Of a stretch of DNA of 64,000 nt, positions 9,782 through 22,707 are shown in pieces. The position numbers were made by a program, and so were the translations under genes. Numbering within the stretch: the first letter of the stretch is position 1; each line of letters begins with the position of its first letter. The DNA is taken from sequence record NC_062581.1, one strand, 5' to 3'. The notes under the pieces were generated by a model. It worked only from the letters and a program-made list of their open reading frames with translations. It was not told the DNA's origin and did not search any database.

Positions 9782-12700
9782 ATGTCTAAACAAAAGCAAA
9801 CCCGTAAAGTTCTTGGTGAATTGCGCCTTTTACAACACCGCTTCTGCACTGTCAATCCACAACGGACACGCCGTGAACTGATTGATAGTCTGCAAACGTT
9901 TGTCAGTACCGATGGCATTGACATCATCGATGCCACAACGCGGCAAAAGATCGATCGCGTAACTTTCGACCAGAAGGTAGTGCCTGAGCATTACTATCCG
10001 GTCATCGCACACATTGCGGCGATTACTGCTCCGCAATAAATCCCGTGGCCCTCCGTAATAGGAGGGCATTATAAAAGGAAGTAGACATGTCACTTGCAGT
10101 TGTGTTTTTCTCCACCGTGATTGGTTTGTCTGAAGGCGTCAGCATTCCACCAGAGCCCAATCAAGAAAAGATTGAGTTTCGTGGAAGTAACGCCATGCAA
10201 GCTTGCCGTTCTTTTGAGAACGCTTTTCATACTAAACAACCAACCACGTACGGCATGCGTAAGGTTTCTATTGATACCTACGGCGTCGGGCAAGTACAAC
10301 GTGAAAGCTATTGTGTAACAACTGAACAGGGTTAATAATAATGCGTACACAAGTAGAAATCTGGGAAGATGAACGTCGTAGTTTGGAAATAGCTCTGATC
10401 AGAGCAACGCTCCAGCAGCTGTGGAATCAAGACTACGAACCAGGTCTGCTAACAATGAATGGCGTGGTTCATCTGGTAGAGCATAAAGTGGACACCAGTA
10501 TGGGCAGAAATCAGACAACTGGCCATAAGGAATTCACGCTGGATGTTCTTGAATCTACAAAGTTTAAACTGGATGCACCTCTTTGGACGATCGTATTTGA
10601 CGTCGAGGACAACAAGGTTTCGGAATTGGTTATTGATACCATACTCTGCAAACGTAAAACCATCATCCATGAACTGGGTGAATATGTGTTGCATATCCTC
10701 AGCACATATCATCCCGATGGCCGGAAACTGTTTGAAAATTAAGTGTTGACACAAGGAGAGACTACGGGTAAACTATAGTCTCAATCAAAACGGAAGGGAA
10801 ACATAATGAAGTACGAAGATCTACTGCATCTGTCATCGCAAGTTCGGGTGTCTTATCTGGTAGCTGTCCTCAAAGCAGTTTGTGTCGAGGCGAAGGAATC
10901 GCCAAAGCCCCTAGCAACAGTTATAAATGCAACATTGGCAGTGTTTAGCTTGACTGCCACCGAACACGATGCGTTGAAACAAGAAGCATTAGAACGCCTA
11001 CAAGACGAATAATTGGACTGAGCCTCGCAAGGGGCTCAACTCTCAAGGAAAACAAAATGATTGAAGCACTATTGAACTTTCCATGGAAAATCCAATTGGG
11101 TTTAATATGGATTGTGTTGACTCTATTGGGTGTGTGGCTGGCTAACAACATGCTCAATGATGCATGGCGTAATAAAACCTGGTGTATGTTTATTGGGTGT
11201 TTTAACATCTTTGCCTTGTTGTTGAATCTGTTGTCTGCAACCGTAATGATTGTGGATTATAGCCAAGAACAATATCAAGATGAACTGTTTACTCAGGAAT
11301 TGCAACGTGAGAGTATTCCGTATTGAAGATGTTTACGGGAATGGTATCTACGCTGTTGAAATGGGATATGAAATGTCATTGGCTGCTGGCCTAGACGAAT
11401 ACTTTCCTTTTGAAGGTCATTCTAATCAACCCGTTCCAAGTGAAGATGGTCTTACCCGTGGTGATGAAGCATGGGGGAAATACTACGGGTTTGCTGGTAT
11501 CCCGCAACTGTTAAATTGGATTAACGGTTGTCCTGTAGAAAGGCTGTATGAAAAAGGTGGGCTTGTAATCCAACTCGATGTTAAAAAAGCAGAGTTTGGT
11601 TATAACCAATGTCGGTTTGCTGAAACCGATATCATTTCGCGTAAACCATTGAAGTTGTACGATCTACAGAGGATTCTATAAATGGCGATGTATTCTGGTC
11701 TACGGTTGGACCTTAAGTTGAAATCTGAAACCCCACCACAAATCATCGTGTGGTTGTCTAAGCATGCAATGCATGAAGGTAACATTCCAGAGATCAATAG
11801 TTTCTTTTCTTACGGGGTTACTTACTTTCCAGATTGGAAAGGTGGTTCACTAAAACGTATTGACGAAGGTGATGGTTATTGGCACCTGAAATCGAATGGT
11901 GTAAGTTCTGGTTACGATGACACTAAAATTGCTTTCTTCCTGCATGAAATCCAACCGTGGTTGATTTTAGAAGAAGGACAAATTCTGGCGTCTATTATCT
12001 ACGAAGAACGTGAAGCAGTTGAACGTATCTTCTGGATTGACCCCAAAGACACTTTGGTGCGCCGCCGTCGAGCTACAGTGTATTGTTACGAAGATGATCA
12101 TCCTCGTGATTGGAATGCATTAGAACTAGCTGAACCACTGGGTTTTGAATCTGCAGCAAACCGACCTAATTGGTTGGATGAAGAAATATTCAACTTTGCA
12201 TGCAATGCGGTGGTAAGTCCAGCACAAGAAGAAAAACGTATCCTGGCTAAACAGCATAATGAAAAATATGCAGCAGGCAGCGTAGAAGCAATTCAAGAAG
12301 AACTTAAAGCATTGGAAGGGAAGCAATGAATATTCATTCGTGGCGTGATGGGCGTTTTATTCTGGCAAAGGATTCACTGCTGGCGATGGCTGCTCGATTA
12401 GGTTTTATGTCTATTGATCAGATCAATGAACTGCCCATTGCCAGTGACGTGGGGTTGCACGATGGCTGGTGTGTTGATATCCACGCTAGTAAAGGTATTG
12501 GTGGACGTATTCGCCATACACTTGACATCAACATTTGGAATGACATTGAAGATTGTCAATGGAAGTTTACCATTGACGTGTTGGGTCAGAATCAATGTAA
12601 AAACTGTTACTTTCCAGAAATTGGAAACTTCGGTAAAGATGTAGATACATTGTCAGAAAATGATTTCAATGACATTTGTTATTTGCCGGAAGTCTTTGCA

Positions 12701-15678
12701 GATTTTGTAGCTACTCTCTTGCTCGAACATCACAGGCCAAAGTAGCATGCAGACGGAAAGAAATAAAGAATTAACCAAGCACATGATCAGTGCGGTCATT
12801 GATAAGTATCTGGAATATGGTTACTTAACTTGGTCACTGACAAAGGCTCGCACAAATGATCCGTTATACACCATGCACCATCATGGTTATGTAGAGTATC
12901 TACGAGTCGAAGCAAAAGAAGAGGGGTTTACTTTCCATCGAACTGGGGTAGGGCACCCAGATAAAAATTACACGGTGGTAGTTAAACTTAATCCACAGTT
13001 TGAAGTTGTTGAGGTGGAAATAGAAACCTCATACTTCACCCACTTAGAAATTGCAATTGATCTACATCATGTTATTTCTGAAGTAATGGACCAATATCAC
13101 GCAGATGGTTCCCTTCGTGAACCACAAGCAAAAAACATTTCTGATTGCATTTGCAATCGACAGGGGAAGTAAGTAATGAATGCAGTTGGCGTAGCTAAAC
13201 GTTTGGGTATGGGCATGTTGGAAGTGCTAGTAAAAGACTTCATTGCCAGCGGATACATTGCACTGTTTAATGACGGTTGCACCAGTCGCTCTTTCCGTTA
13301 TTCCACTACCGGTCGTATTTATATCAAATACGCTGTGGAAGGGAAGACTGAAAAAGTACACTTCACCGTACAGAACCTTACGTCATTGCGTGAGGAAACT
13401 GTGGTATACACACTGCCGAAGCGCAGTGATGGTACTGTTGAAGTATTGCATGATATTACCAAACCGTACACGTTGGATTTTGTTTGGCTCACTACCGAAC
13501 TGGCTAAAGCCATGATTGTATTGCACAATCAAATCACCATTACTGGTGAACGCCAAGAACGTATCGAAGGGGGTAAAGGTTATTCGGTTATTGCTGCCGA
13601 TAACGTTGCCGAACAATTTACACGTATGCGCAACAATGGTACACCTGGAGTAGCTAACTAATGTGGGCTTACATTTCACCCATGATTGGTTATTTGATTC
13701 CTCTACTCATCTCGGCGGTTTGGTTAACATACCGTACTTTTGTAGTGGGTATGGATTCAGTCCGTTACTCACGCAATTATAACCCACGTATTCATAAAAG
13801 AGAATATGTTCAGAAGTGTCAGGAAAAATTCCAATACTTCAGTTTTCTTTGTATGGGTGCGGTACTTATGTGGATAGCGTTTATTACTATCCTGTTCGTT
13901 TCTGTATTTGGGATAGCGCATGGAACATCTGGAATCTAGTTGCATTAAAATGCTGAATGACGTAATGACCGGCCACCAGCTGGTGCGTTACAAAATGATC
14001 ACTGAGCTTACGGCAGCCTGGCGATTAAACACACAGTGGCGAATGGATCATGCTGAAGGTGCGTCATCTTCAGCAATTGATAAATTCATCTGGAAGAACC
14101 ATCTCTGTTATTACCCGAACAAAAAGACTGATCGCACCATTCGTGGCTACTCGATTCGTGATACAGAAAACGGATGGATTATGTTTACGGATTCCGATCC
14201 AGATAAACCTATGCCCTTGAAAGACCACTTGCGTCAACTGGGGTTGCCTGCTGGAGCCATTCCGGATATTATCCGTTTGCCTTTAGAGCCGGATGGTTTT
14301 GTAACCCCCAAAGGTCGCACTTTTCAAGCAGATGCTTTTTATGTCTGGTTGTATGATCCAAAGAATTACTTTTGGAGTTAATCATGAAGCTTTTAAAGCT
14401 CATGTTGGCAGCGGGTATTGCCGTAGGTATGACCATGTGTCATCCGGTTATGGCGGTACCCAAACCAACCAATGTAATTGTAGTAGAGAACAAAACTTGT
14501 CAAACCGGGGATCGCTTCTTAGCTGAGGTTATTCGGTTAATACAAGAAGGTAGAGCAAACATTGAAATTGTTTCTTACCTGGATAAACTTACACCCAATC
14601 GCGAAAAGGACCCACAAGGTTATTTAGGTATTACGATAGTGAAATTAAACATCACCAATGTTCGTACATCTCTAAATAAAGCGTTCAGGGAGAACGCTAT
14701 TCGCAAAACCCAAATGGCTAACTGCACGGAAACAGTTGGTAAAAGTTTTACTTTATATTGAGGCACTGATATGGACCTGCAACTTATTCGCGAACTACGT
14801 GACACCTTTAAAGATCGTTACGTATCGGCTAACGATCTTTTTGTTAAGTCGTTGAACACAGTCGCAACTCCAGTCATGGGTAGTCCAAAAGCAGTTTTGT
14901 GGATTATTGTTGATAATGCTCGTGGTGAAGACATTGTTCGTCGTCATTACGAAGCAATGCTCAAGGAAGATGAAAAGATTACAGGCAAGGAACAATTGAT
15001 TGATCCTTACGGTGGTCCTTCTCAACTGGCTACCCGTCTGCGTCAACAAGGGTACCATATGGAGTTGACTGTACTGCCAGAGGACTTTGATAAAAAGACC
15101 AAGTACATCCAACTGAAGCACGCAGAAATGCTGGCAAAGCATTACGATGTTCAAGCCGTTTGTTATAACCTGGATAATCGAGTTATGCCAGATGAAGAGA
15201 CTTTGAAGATTGACGGGATCAATGAATGAAAAAGTTTGTTGCTGTGTTGCTGATGATGTTTTCAGTAATGACGTGGGCTAATAAAAAACCCGATGTCATC
15301 ATTGATTACAAAAACAAAGAAAAGATCGCAATCACCCCACATGTGTGTGAAGTGGTTGAAGGGCTGGTAGATGAAGTAGTTGTAAAGATGGAGAAAGGTG
15401 CTAGTGATGACACCCTTGTCCAACTGTTGGCAAATCTTTCTATTAAGGAAGTAGCTGACACATCAACTTATTTATCAGCTTACATGGTCGGTAGTGCAGT
15501 TCCTTATATCCGTACAATGTTGGATAACCCAACGGTATTGGTATTCATGCATAACCATCCGGATCGAACCAAAGCGGAATCAGTTGCGGCTACAATGCGA
15601 TTGAAATGCGATGTACAACACGGCACGCAATATGAAGCACCCCGTCGACTCTATCTGATTAAAGATAAGTCTATTTAA
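9782..15678 (+). other. Early operon of about 17 hypothetical genes
   Basis: ORFs 9782-10039, 10087-10335, 10341-10742, 10806-11012, 11057-11326 (TM), ~11307-11681, 11682-12329, 12326-12745, 12747-13172, 13176-13661, 13661-13939 (TM), 13920-14381, 14384-14761 and 15226-15678 (signal peptides), 14771-15229. Confidence 0.7.
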
Positions 15679-15682
15679 AGAT

Positions 15683-15720
15683 GGCCTCCCTTCGGGGAGG
15701 CTTCCCTTATTTCTTTTTTA
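15683..15720 (+). terminator. Intrinsic terminator
   Basis: GCCTCCC-TTCG-GGGAGGC followed by a T tract. Confidence 0.85.
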
Positions 15721-15740
15721 TGTTCCAAATAATCTCAGAT

Positions 15741-15749
15741 CTATATTAC
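15741..15749 (+). promoter_or_regulatory. phiKZ-type early promoter
   Basis: CTATATTAC after terminator. Confidence 0.75.
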
Positions 15750-15812
15750 TATCTTGATGTAGTCACCAAAAAGAATAATAACTCAGGAGTATCTGTTATA
15801 GGAGCAAAAGCA

Positions 15813-17670
15813 ATGGCTTTTACCAAATTAGCTATTGTTAGTGGAGAATGGCAACTTGATCCAGATCAGGTTTTTCGTCTCTATGTGCGCCCGACGCTTA
15901 CAATTTTAAATCGTGCCGGAGTTACGCACTATGTATCTGCATTCGCAACAACCGCAAGAAGAACAACTGATTCACTCGACACAACGTCGCACTCTTTCGT
16001 TTGCTCCGCCTCCGCTCCCAGTAGCGCGTTTGGGGGAACGAGCGGGTCAGACTACTCCGCGTCAAACAGCCAGTGGTTGGAACCGATAGTTCAATCACAT
16101 AACTTTCACATGCTTGGGGAATTGTCTCACGACAGTTCTCCGATTATGGCCGGTTTGCTGATACGCGATACTGTTACCTGGAAAGCATTAGACATGCAAT
16201 CTGGGTTGATCTGTATTGACGACACGGAAGCTACTAACCAATTCGATGAACAGCTCATCGAAATTCTTAAACGTTTTAAGGTGGGTTGATGTGTACTGAT
16301 ATTGCAATTACCCTGAGTCAAATCCCAACGCGGGATGACCTTTTCAAAGTGGGTATAGGTAAAACGGTTAACGAAATATTGGAGTACATTGTTAAAGAAT
16401 TCTCGGGTCCCACAGGTGAACCGGATTACTTTGCAAAAGCGCAAAACAATATGGATTATTGGAAATGGTACGTTGAACTACCTTTCTCAGTAAGTGAGTA
16501 TGCACAGCATGCCGTGCGAGATGCATTAACAGAAAAAGCTTTTGATCTGGTACATTTCAACGACTACGAATCTTTTGACTCCGGGTTTACCCGCATGTCA
16601 ATTACCGTAAACAAAAAGGGCTAAACTACATGTGTCATAGGTACGCTGATCCTGATGCTTACATTGCTGCTGAAACTGACCGAGTGGTTAACAGCGTAAT
16701 GAAAGAAGTCATGGTAAGACATGTTTTACCACTAAATGCCAAACCGGATCGTTTTCATCGTGATGGTGTTGTTTTTATAATGGATGTTACAGACGACATT
16801 CATTCCAATTCCGAAGCAGGAAAACGCATCACCAAAGAACTTATGAGTCTTGGTTTTATTCATGCGCGTTTCTACGATAACAAGAAAGAGCATTATCGCA
16901 CTATCTTGGAATACACATTGGCACCTCTGGCTTTGTTTGAAGAAGAACGCGCCAGTTATGAAAGAGAGATGGCCACTAGTGTTTGATTTAGCTAAGTGCG
17001 ATACATTTCACGAAGGCGATATCATTGTTTCTTTTAAGAAAGACGACAATGAAACTAAAGCTAAAATCATCGGTACGTTGAATGCTTTAGGGTTTCATCA
17101 ATGGGCTTATTCTCTACGTGGTGATTACGAACAGTATCTGTTTGTAGCTGATTACGAAAAGCGCAAACAAGACCATTTGAATAGTTGCATGAATTCACTT
17201 TCTCTTTTGCCGAGTGCTGTTAAGCAAAAGCTTTCGGAATTGGTAGTATGAATCCATACATTTGCGACATGCTTGATACATTGATTAGAAAGCGTCGTGA
17301 AGAGTTTTGGTGGTTAGCTGGCCCAACCACACCCTTGCCTGACGAACACATTGTCAGTCAACCTCACGGGCGCTTCTATGAATCAAGTTCACCGTTAGCC
17401 ACCGAACGGCGTGAGTTGTTACTCAGCAACAATAAAGAAAGTAACCTACTGAAGTTTGTATGGGACGATGTAGTAATTTTATACATTGGTTCCCTAACCG
17501 ATGAAGAACAAATTGTTTTCCATTGGATACGCGGAGACGCAGTAGATGAAGAAGAACCCCTATCCCGAGAGTCTCTCATTCGAAGAGATCCTAGCTTCAG
17601 TTGCTGGCGGGGCATTAGTCGTGACGACCAAGGAATTCGAAAAGAAATTTCCGGATTTGAAAACGACTGA
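15813..17670 (+). other. Block of 5 hypothetical early genes
   Basis: ORFs 15813-16289 (true start MAFTK after GGAG), 16286-16624, 16630-16986, 16979-17251 (GTG), 17248-17670. Confidence 0.7.
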
Positions 17671-17730
17671 TCCAAACAGCATTAAATTGGAACTTAAACC
17701 AGAACCCGAACACAGCGTGGATGTACACGT

Positions 17731-18015
17731 ATGAGCAATGCAAATGCCAACATGTTGGCAATTCGTGGAAAGATGGTAGAAGATCTGGTTGAAATGAATC
17801 AGAACGTTCAAGAAGTCTTGGATAACAAAGACCTTGGGTTTACCATTGAGCAGTCGGTAGCAGTTAAAAAAGCAATAGAAGAAACGACCTATGAAACTTT
17901 GCGTGTAATTGATGCAAGAGCGCAAATCTTTCCATCAGGTCATAACTTAGGTGAGATGCCATTCTTTGATGAAGGTGAACTTACCATTGCTTATATAAAA
18001 GCCATTAACACTTGA
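17731..18015 (+). CDS. IN[ST]-tail family small protein
   Basis: Ends YIKAINT*. Confidence 0.75.
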   Translation: MSNANANMLAIRGKMVEDLVEMNQNVQEVLDNKDLGFTIEQSVAVKKAIEETTYETLRVIDARAQIFPSGHNLGEMPFFDEGELTIAYIKAINT

Positions 18016-18031
18016 CACTTAGGAAGCAGTA

Positions 18032-18316
18032 ATGGGGAATAGCGTAGTAGATAATAGTTTTACCCAAGAGCGCCTTGACGAAATGGCGCAATCGGTTACT
18101 GAAGCCAACGAAGCTAAGCAGATTGAAATTCTGGACAGTCTTGTAGGTATTCGCATTGAAGCGCAAGCAATGACATTGGAGCAAGGTGTCATTCATGCAA
18201 TCACTGAAACTGCACGTGTTTATGAAAATGCGTTCTGTTTAGAAGTAACTGCTAATGGGTGCGCCACTGAATTTATGGGCGCTGCAGATCGTTTTGTGGA
18301 AGAAATCAACTCGTGA
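18032..18316 (+). CDS. IN[ST]-tail family small protein
   Basis: Ends FVEEINS*. Confidence 0.75.
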   Translation: MGNSVVDNSFTQERLDEMAQSVTEANEAKQIEILDSLVGIRIEAQAMTLEQGVIHAITETARVYENAFCLEVTANGCATEFMGAADRFVEEINS

Positions 18317-18546
18317 GAAATGACATCAGCGATGCCTCAGTAGATCTAGTCACAGACCACTTGATGGAATGGACTGGTAATTTGGACAAGAATAGTGTTG
18401 CAGCAGTAATCGTAGGAGTTGAGAAAACCCTCGATGCTCTTGCGCTAGCTATGATTATCCCGCTGAACTTCAAAGAACGTCTTACGAGTGCAATGTCACG
18501 TCGGAGCACCAAGCCTGCTCCAATTCTTAGTCTTACCCAAGACTAA
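18313..18546 (+). CDS. Hypothetical protein, possible family member lacking the tail
   Basis: AVIVGVEKTLDAL helix resembles neighbours; ends LTQD*. Confidence 0.6.
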   Translation: MRNDISDASVDLVTDHLMEWTGNLDKNSVAAVIVGVEKTLDALALAMIIPLNFKERLTSAMSRRSTKPAPILSLTQD

Positions 18547-18619
18547 AGAAATACTCCACCATGCAATAACATACGTGACCAATCCGGTGCGTATTACTAA
18601 TTCAAAAAGGAACACAGCA

Positions 18620-18856
18620 ATGAACGAAGTAAACACAATCAGCGTAGATGAATCCCGCCTGCAACTGGTAAGCGTCATCAATGACGTCCGTGCCGATGCT
18701 GTTAAGCTGGACACTGCTGCTGCTGTTGACTACGCCATTCAAGGCACCCTGGCTGCTGCTGCAACTGCAATCACCGTTACTGGTGTTGATGCCCCAGTGC
18801 TGGAAGATTTCGCCAAACAAATCGCTGCTACCTGGGTTGAAACCGTCAACTCGTAA
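18620..18856 (+). CDS. IN[ST]-tail family small protein
   Basis: AGGA RBS, start MNEVN; ends WVETVNS*. Confidence 0.8.
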   Translation: MNEVNTISVDESRLQLVSVINDVRADAVKLDTAAAVDYAIQGTLAAAATAITVTGVDAPVLEDFAKQIAATWVETVNS

Positions 18857-18929
18857 TCCATTGCCGGTAACCATTGGTGGCTAAGACAAAATAAAAGCCA
18901 CCAATGGCCTTGCTCAAAGGTTAGTATAA

Positions 18930-19205
18930 ATGTCTGTTAGCCTAAAAGAATCTGGACTTCTTGATCAATTGATTTTTGATCGGGATGAGATTGTTTGCTG
19001 CACATTGAAAGATCTGGAAGATGACTACACCAAAGAAAAGGTGACGGCTGCTCTGGATGAAGTTTACAATCGCACAGTAGGTAATACTCTGGCGACGTTA
19101 AACAAGAATGGTTTTTATACAATCGCTGATGCCATTGCTGGTACTATTGGCGATGTGGTAAGCCAAGATTCCCATGACGAATGGATTAACGCAATTAACA
19201 CGTAA
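18930..19205 (+). CDS. IN[ST]-tail family small protein
   Basis: Ends WINAINT*. Confidence 0.75.
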   Translation: MSVSLKESGLLDQLIFDRDEIVCCTLKDLEDDYTKEKVTAALDEVYNRTVGNTLATLNKNGFYTIADAIAGTIGDVVSQDSHDEWINAINT

Positions 19206-19214
19206 GGAAAGTAG

Positions 19215-19559
19215 ATGTTCCCTGTATATTGGCAAGGTAGTGTCATTGGTGCAATCATTGGTTTGATTGTGTTGGCGGTATTCGCTTATTGGTTGATCCG
19301 TACCAAAGCTGAATCACTTGGTTTTCTTACCAAGCGCACCCGTTGGATCACAGTTGTTTTACTTCCCCTCATTTGGGTACTTTCGTTTGTTAACGTGGGT
19401 ATTCATCAGACTCAAGGCGATCGTGTTCGTTTTGATCAGGCCGGTCAATTGACCGAGAAGTCTACACCTGTTGTACGCTCCAGTGCTTCCCCTGAATCAG
19501 CACGTCAAGCTGCCGCTGAAACGCGGAAAGAAATTGACGCTGGTAACCTGAACAAGTAA
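19215..19559 (+). CDS. Membrane protein (2 TM)
   Basis: Two hydrophobic segments; directly upstream of the SPFH gene. Confidence 0.8.
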   Translation: MFPVYWQGSVIGAIIGLIVLAVFAYWLIRTKAESLGFLTKRTRWITVVLLPLIWVLSFVNVGIHQTQGDRVRFDQAGQLTEKSTPVVRSSASPESARQAAAETRKEIDAGNLNK

Positions 19560-19604
19560 TTCACCGCTACACCAAACAGAATTGAATTCAATAAGGAAAG
19601 ATGC

Positions 19605-20468
19605 ATGAAACTGTTGTCCATGATTAAAACTGCTGCACTTGCAATGGTTGCTGTAGTGGCTCTGCAAGGTTGCTCGTTTGAAGTTATTCCACCTGCCTTT
19701 AAAGGTAAGGTCCTGACTACTTCTGGTTACAATCCAGAAATCCTGGAGCCGGGTAAAGAAACCCTGTTTGGTCGTGACGAACTGGTTCTTCTGGAAACCG
19801 GTACCCGCACCGTAGCGGAAACCATTACCGTTAAAATGGAAGACAAACTGGACCTCACTTTTGATGTCCGCTTCCGTACTCGCATTGGCGGTAACGAGAA
19901 AGTCCTGAACGCAATGTTCAATGACATTCAAGTTCAAAACCGTATGGTTACTCTGCAACAAGTCTACGGCGTGTATGGCCTGGACGTAGTGCAATCAGTA
20001 GCTCGTTCCGTTGTAGGTAAGTACAAGACCGAAGACGTCGGTGCTAACTTTGATAACATCACCAAAGACCTGGCTGAACGTCTGACCAAAGCAATGGTGA
20101 ATTCGCCCCTGGAAGTATCAAACGTTACCTTGGGTAATCTGAAATATCCTGATGTTATTACCATTGCAATTGAAAAGCAATCGGAACGTCGTCTGGCTAT
20201 TGAAACAGAAACCAACCAGCAGGCAATTGAAACCACCAAGCGTACCAACATGTTGGCTTTGGCACAATTGGATCGCGATATCGAACTGACTCGCGCTAAA
20301 ACCCTGCGTGACTCTAACGCTATCACTGCTGATGGCCTGAGCCCAATGCTGCTTGCTTACAAAGCACTGGACGTTCAGCAAGATATGGCTAAGAACAATG
20401 CCGCTGTATTCGTGCCTTACGAGGCTATGGGTAGCAGCGGTTTGTCGAACCGCATCTTTAACAAGTAA
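19605..20468 (+). CDS. SPFH/band-7 (prohibitin-like) lipoprotein
   Basis: Lipobox LQGC; band-7 pattern (VIPPAFKGKVLT, V.LGNLKYPD.IT.AIEK); C-terminal coiled coil. Confidence 0.85.
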   Translation: MKLLSMIKTAALAMVAVVALQGCSFEVIPPAFKGKVLTTSGYNPEILEPGKETLFGRDELVLLETGTRTVAETITVKMEDKLDLTFDVRFRTRIGGNEKVLNAMFNDIQVQNRMVTLQQVYGVYGLDVVQSVARSVVGKYKTEDVGANFDNITKDLAERLTKAMVNSPLEVSNVTLGNLKYPDVITIAIEKQSERRLAIETETNQQAIETTKRTNMLALAQLDRDIELTRAKTLRDSNAITADGLSPMLLAYKALDVQQDMAKNNAAVFVPYEAMGSSGLSNRIFNK

Positions 20469-20519
20469 TGCCTGATCTGATCGAGATGTCCGATAGCTTG
20501 AAAAAAAGCTATCGGTATA

Positions 20520-20828
20520 TTGGCTGACCGTAGGCAGCAAGAAGAACATGACCGTGTAACTAATCGCAACCTTTTTATGGCGGTGGTGGTTGAAGGGTTA
20601 ATTGAAAAAGGTAACACTGGTACTTTCTTTGAAGATAATCCGGAAGCAGCAACTGCTCACCGAGTAGGTCTGCGGGAAGGTGCAGCTGTAGTTATGAAAA
20701 CAATTGATCGGTTAGACATGTCTGTCCATTCTACAGAAGACCATTGTATTAACCTTACCGTCGATGATGGTGATACTTATTGCAGTGTTAGTCTTGCAGA
20801 AGCCTTCGCGGCATCGATTAACTCGTAA
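20520..20828 (+). CDS. IN[ST]-tail family small protein
   Basis: GLREGAAVVMKTIDR helix; ends FAASINS*. Confidence 0.75.
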   Translation: MADRRQQEEHDRVTNRNLFMAVVVEGLIEKGNTGTFFEDNPEAATAHRVGLREGAAVVMKTIDRLDMSVHSTEDHCINLTVDDGDTYCSVSLAEAFAASINS

Positions 20829-20835
20829 ACAAACG

Positions 20836-20858
20836 GCCTCTCTTCGGAGAGGCTTTTT
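20836..20858 (+). terminator. Intrinsic terminator
   Basis: GCCTCTC-TTCG-GAGAGGC followed by TTTTT. Confidence 0.85.
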
Positions 20859-20884
20859 GATGTTTTCTTTTTTGTGGGGTTGTA

Positions 20885-22041
20885 ATGGTTACAGATCCAG
20901 ATAAATTTTTTGGTGGACTAGTTGAATACTTGGATGATAACTCAGCTGGTGAAGCGGGTACACTTACCCAGCTTATTGAAGGGTCACGATTGACCATTGG
21001 TTATTTTAGTCACTTTGCTAAAACCGGTGAATCATTGACTATGGAAAAAGCAGACGACATAAAAGAAGATGTAATGTTAAAAGCTTTTGAAAAACATGTT
21101 GATTTGCATTATGGTTGATTATCAAAGATTCTTTCATGATCTGATAATTGAACAATGTGGTCCGTCATATGCCCAAAACAATCCTACCGAGTTTCACCAA
21201 GGAATGGCATTTGGTATGGCTACAATTACTCCGACTGTCATTACACAAACATTACAAATAGCTAATGAACACGGCTTATTAAAAGAAGGCGTATATGAAG
21301 CTTGGCACGAGTATTATTACAATACTGTTTCTGAAGAGAACCCTAGTCTGGAAGATTTCCGAAAAGAATTAATACGGCGTCGATCTGAAGAAGATCTTGA
21401 TGCTTAACCGGTATTAAAAAACGCTGCTGCATTCTGTATGTATCAATACCCGGAACACTGTCATGAAACTCAAGCTTATAGAATTCATCTATGGTTACCG
21501 TGCCCCTTTGGGTATGGCTGTAATAGGTGGGTTTTACATTCTCTCTGTTAATATCGCTGGCCTTAACTAACAAGGATTACCGATGCATTCGTCCACCGCT
21601 TTGACTCTCGCTGCAATCGTTCTCGTTCTATTTCTAGCCTACCGCACATGGTCTAGTCTTATCCCGGCAGCAGCTGGTGGATTAAACGAATGGATCGATC
21701 AAGATTTTCCCGAAATCGTGCACACCCCTAAGCCTACATGGCTAACGGGGTTCCGTTACAAACGACATGGTATTGATGCTATTGCTAAACTAGATGTACC
21801 CATCTGTTTGGAATATGAACAATCAGGTAATCTAGGTCGGTTTTCTATTGTTGATTCGTTTGCGCGAGCTACGGTTGCTACTGACGGGAACGATCGTTCT
21901 CATAAGAAAGACCTAGTGGCTTACAATTGTGGTTTGGACCTGGTTCAATATACCGGTGGACAAATTGCAGTCAGTGTGGTTTACAACCGTATTTGCATTA
22001 CGGAAGTTGAACCAATTATTGAGGAATCTGCCTGTGAGTAG
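20885..22041 (+). other. Hypothetical genes
   Basis: ORFs 20885-21118, ~21111-21407, 21583-22041 (N-terminal TM). Confidence 0.65.
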
Positions 22042-22384
22042 AAAAGTACCCACCAAACAAGAACTTGAAGAAGCTTATGCTAAGGTAGCCGAAATTGAAG
22101 CTGAGTTAGTTCAAGAAGCAGCCGATGCTCGCATTCTGCTCTTTACCGAAATGCAATGTCAAGTTAATGATCGCGCTATTCCTACCTTTCGTAAAGGTGC
22201 AACCATGTCCCAAGCATTCCGTATGGGCATTGATGCCGGTATTGAAGTTGCTTTGGATAGCATGGATCGTCGAGGTATTACTTTGATTGATGGCGATGAT
22301 CGTTTACTAAACGTAGCTTTCGCACATGAAGGTCCTGATCTGTTGCCCATGAATGAATTGTGGGCATCTTACATTAATAGCTGA
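22034..22384 (+). CDS. IN[ST]-tail family small protein
   Basis: GTG start after GAGGA; GIDAGIEVALDSMDR helix; ends WASYINS*. Confidence 0.8.
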   Translation: MSRKVPTKQELEEAYAKVAEIEAELVQEAADARILLFTEMQCQVNDRAIPTFRKGATMSQAFRMGIDAGIEVALDSMDRRGITLIDGDDRLLNVAFAHEGPDLLPMNELWASYINS

Positions 22385-22391
22385 GGTAGTT

Positions 22392-22700
22392 ATGGGTCAA
22401 GGACTATCTGCAGCAAATGTAGTAACAGATGACATGTACTTAGCACAAGATGCTAAATGCAATCAGGAAAATTTCTTTGGTCTTTTAACGGATACATTGG
22501 CTGGCATTAAAGCCGTAGCTTCGGAGGATCAATTAGCTGGAATAATTTGTGGTGCACGGATGGTGTTAGGTGCCATTGAAGATTTGGACTTTGAGTTAAT
22601 AAATCGCAAAGATCAAACGCCATTGAATCCTAAACACGAATACATGGATTTTGATTTAGTAGTAGCTTGGGACAATTATGTTTCCGAGATAAACACCTGA
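22392..22700 (+). CDS. IN[ST]-tail family small protein
   Basis: GAGG RBS; GIICGARMVLGAIED helix; ends YVSEINT*. Confidence 0.8.
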   Translation: MGQGLSAANVVTDDMYLAQDAKCNQENFFGLLTDTLAGIKAVASEDQLAGIICGARMVLGAIEDLDFELINRKDQTPLNPKHEYMDFDLVVAWDNYVSEINT

Positions 22701-22707
22701 GGCAATA

